Shown: positions 15,646 through 16,975 of the stretch, piece after piece
Layout of the letters: each line of letters opens with the position of its first letter
Numbering within the stretch: position 1 is the first letter of the stretch
Origin: Candidatus Zixiibacteriota bacterium
GTDB taxonomy: Bacteria; Zixibacteria; MSB-5A5; UBA10806; 4484-95
Assembly: GCA_029932605.1 (NCBI GenBank)
Contig: JAOZPT010000024.1
Span: 1-16,975, forward strand
Direction of reading: 5' to 3'
Length of the DNA: 16,975 bases
Made by a program: the position numbers and the translations under genes
Notes under the pieces: generated by a model
Told to the model about the DNA's origin: nothing
Databases searched by the model: none
What the model saw: only the letters and a program-made list of their open reading frames with translations

Positions 15646-16975
15646 ATGAAAAGAGCAAACTCGACTTTATCGATGCTGGCATTAGTTCTTTGTTTTATTC
15701 TTATCATAAATGCTGGCTCTGCCATAGCCCAGAATGTGGAATATGTCTCATCAACCCTCTGGACGGGTGTTAACGATGTAGAAGTTGTAGGAGATTACGC
15801 CTACTGCGCGTTCGTTAATGGCCTGGTTGTTCTTGATGTGTCAGACCCGGCTTCCCCCACTTTCGTCAGCAGGTTGTATCTTCAGGGCGGAGGAAACGGC
15901 ATTGACATTGATAGTAACTATGCCTACTTGGCAGACGGCAGTTCTGGCCTGCAGATAATCGACATCAGCGACCCCGCCGAACCGACGCGGTTCGGAGGTT
16001 ATGACACGCCGGGTGATGCTTGGGGCATTTTAGTATCGGGCGATTACGCCTATGTCGCTGATGGTTATTCCGGCCTGCAGATAATCGACATCAGCAACCC
16101 CGCCGAACCGATGTGGGTTGGAGGTTGCGACACGCCCGGTCATGCTTTGGACGTTTTCGTCTCAGGCGATTACGCCTTTCTTGCTGATTGGGATTCCGGT
16201 CTGCAGATAATCGACATTAGCGACCCCGCGGATCCAACGCGGGTTGGAGATTATGACACGCCGAATTGGGCTGAGGGCGTTTTCGTATCCGCCGATTATG
16301 CCTTTGTGGCTAATTACCGTTCCGGCCTGCAGATAATCGACATCAGCGACCCCGCCCAGCCTAATTGGGTTGGATATTATGACACGCCGGGTCAGACTCG
16401 TGGCGTTTTCATCTCAGGCGATTACGCCTATGTGGCCGATGGCAGTTGGGGTCTGCAGATAATCGACATCAGCGACCCCGCCCAGCCAGGTTGGGTCGGA
16501 GGTTATGACACGCCGGGTTATGCTTGGGGCGCTTTCGTCTCAAGCCATTACGCCTATGTGGCTGATAGGTATTCTGGTCTGCAAATAATCGACATAAGCG
16601 ACCCCGCCCAGCCGAATTGGGCTGGAGATTATGACACGCCGGGTTGGCCTCGCGGCGTTTTCGTCTCAGGCAATTACGCCTGTGTGGCTGATGTGTTATC
16701 AGGTCTGCAGGTAATCGACATCAGCTACCCCGGCGAGCCGACATGGGTTGGAGGTTATGACACGCCGGGTGATGCTTGGGGCATTTTCGTATCGGGCGAT
16801 TACGCCTATGTGGCTGATGGTTTTTCCGGTCTGCAGATAATCAACATCAGCGACCCAGCCCAGCCGAGTTGGGTCGGAGATTACGACACGCCGGGTTATG
16901 CTTGGGGCGTTTTCGTCTCCGGCGATTACGCCTATGTGGCCGATGGCAGTTGGGGTCTGCAGATAATCGACATCA
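15646..16975 (+). CDS. Secreted LVIVD-repeat (beta-propeller) protein, 3'-truncated by the window edge
   Basis: Absent from the ORF track because there is no stop in the window. Translated by hand: MKRANSTLSMLALVLCFILIINAGSAIA-QNVEYVSS... (signal peptide), then repeats such as VFVSGDYAYVADGxSGLQIIDISDPAQPxWVGxYDTPGxAxG. Confidence 0.93.
   Translation, partial: MKRANSTLSMLALVLCFILIINAGSAIAQNVEYVSSTLWTGVNDVEVVGDYAYCAFVNGLVVLDVSDPASPTFVSRLYLQGGGNGIDIDSNYAYLADGSSGLQIIDISDPAEPTRFGGYDTPGDAWGILVSGDYAYVADGYSGLQIIDISNPAEPMWVGGCDTPGHALDVFVSGDYAFLADWDSGLQIIDISDPADPTRVGDYDTPNWAEGVFVSADYAFVANYRSGLQIIDISDPAQPNWVGYYDTPGQTRGVFISGDYAYVADGSWGLQIIDISDPAQPGWVGGYDTPGYAWGAFVSSHYAYVADRYSGLQIIDISDPAQPNWAGDYDTPGWPRGVFVSGNYACVADVLSGLQVIDISYPGEPTWVGGYDTPGDAWGIFVSGDYAYVADGFSGLQIINISDPAQPSWVGDYDTPGYAWGVFVSGDYAYVADGSWGLQIIDI
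15949..16975 (+). repeat. Coding tandem repeat, 126-bp (42-aa) unit, at least 8 full units
   Basis: The anchor ctgca(g/a)(a/g)taatc recurs at 15949, 16075, 16201, 16327, 16453, 16579, 16705, 16831 and 16957, an exact 126-nt period. More diverged units lie upstream from about 15780. Confidence 0.97.

Noticed and set aside
15949..16975. CRISPR array or diversity-generating retroelement (TR/VR pair)
   Set aside because: The period is exactly 126 nt in an open frame with degenerate, codon-structured repeats. Variable codons (tgg, cag, gag, cgc, gtg) do not fit adenine-only mutagenesis, and no reverse transcriptase or cas gene is in the window.

Overview
A bacterial chromosomal segment with every credible gene on the + strand; the gene content suggests an FCB-group organism, possibly Zixibacteria-like (inference only). 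(1) 1-6014 is a tightly overlapping operon: selD (5'-truncated), selA, selB, a YtcJ-like amidohydrolase and an iodotyrosine-dehalogenase-like nitroreductase. No selC tRNA is visible. (2) About 6040-6500 is an AT-rich (~30% GC by hand count) island with one orphan ORF. (3) 6556-14406 is a second coupled operon behind a near-consensus sigma70 promoter: rnr, a sigma54 activator with a degenerate receiver domain, three envelope genes (ComEA/HhH-associated barrel-like protein, lamin-tail/FlgD-Ig protein, and a beta-barrel interrupted by three in-frame TAA codons), and dgt. (4) A stand-alone squalene-synthase-type gene. (5) From 15646 to the window end, a secreted LVIVD-repeat protein missing from the ORF track, made of 126-bp tandem units with mosaic recombination and hypervariable loop codons. 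The most notable points are the diversifying LVIVD array, the altered IYD-like enzyme inside the Sec operon, the AT-rich orphan, and three patches of frame-preserving lesions that single G>T changes could all explain.
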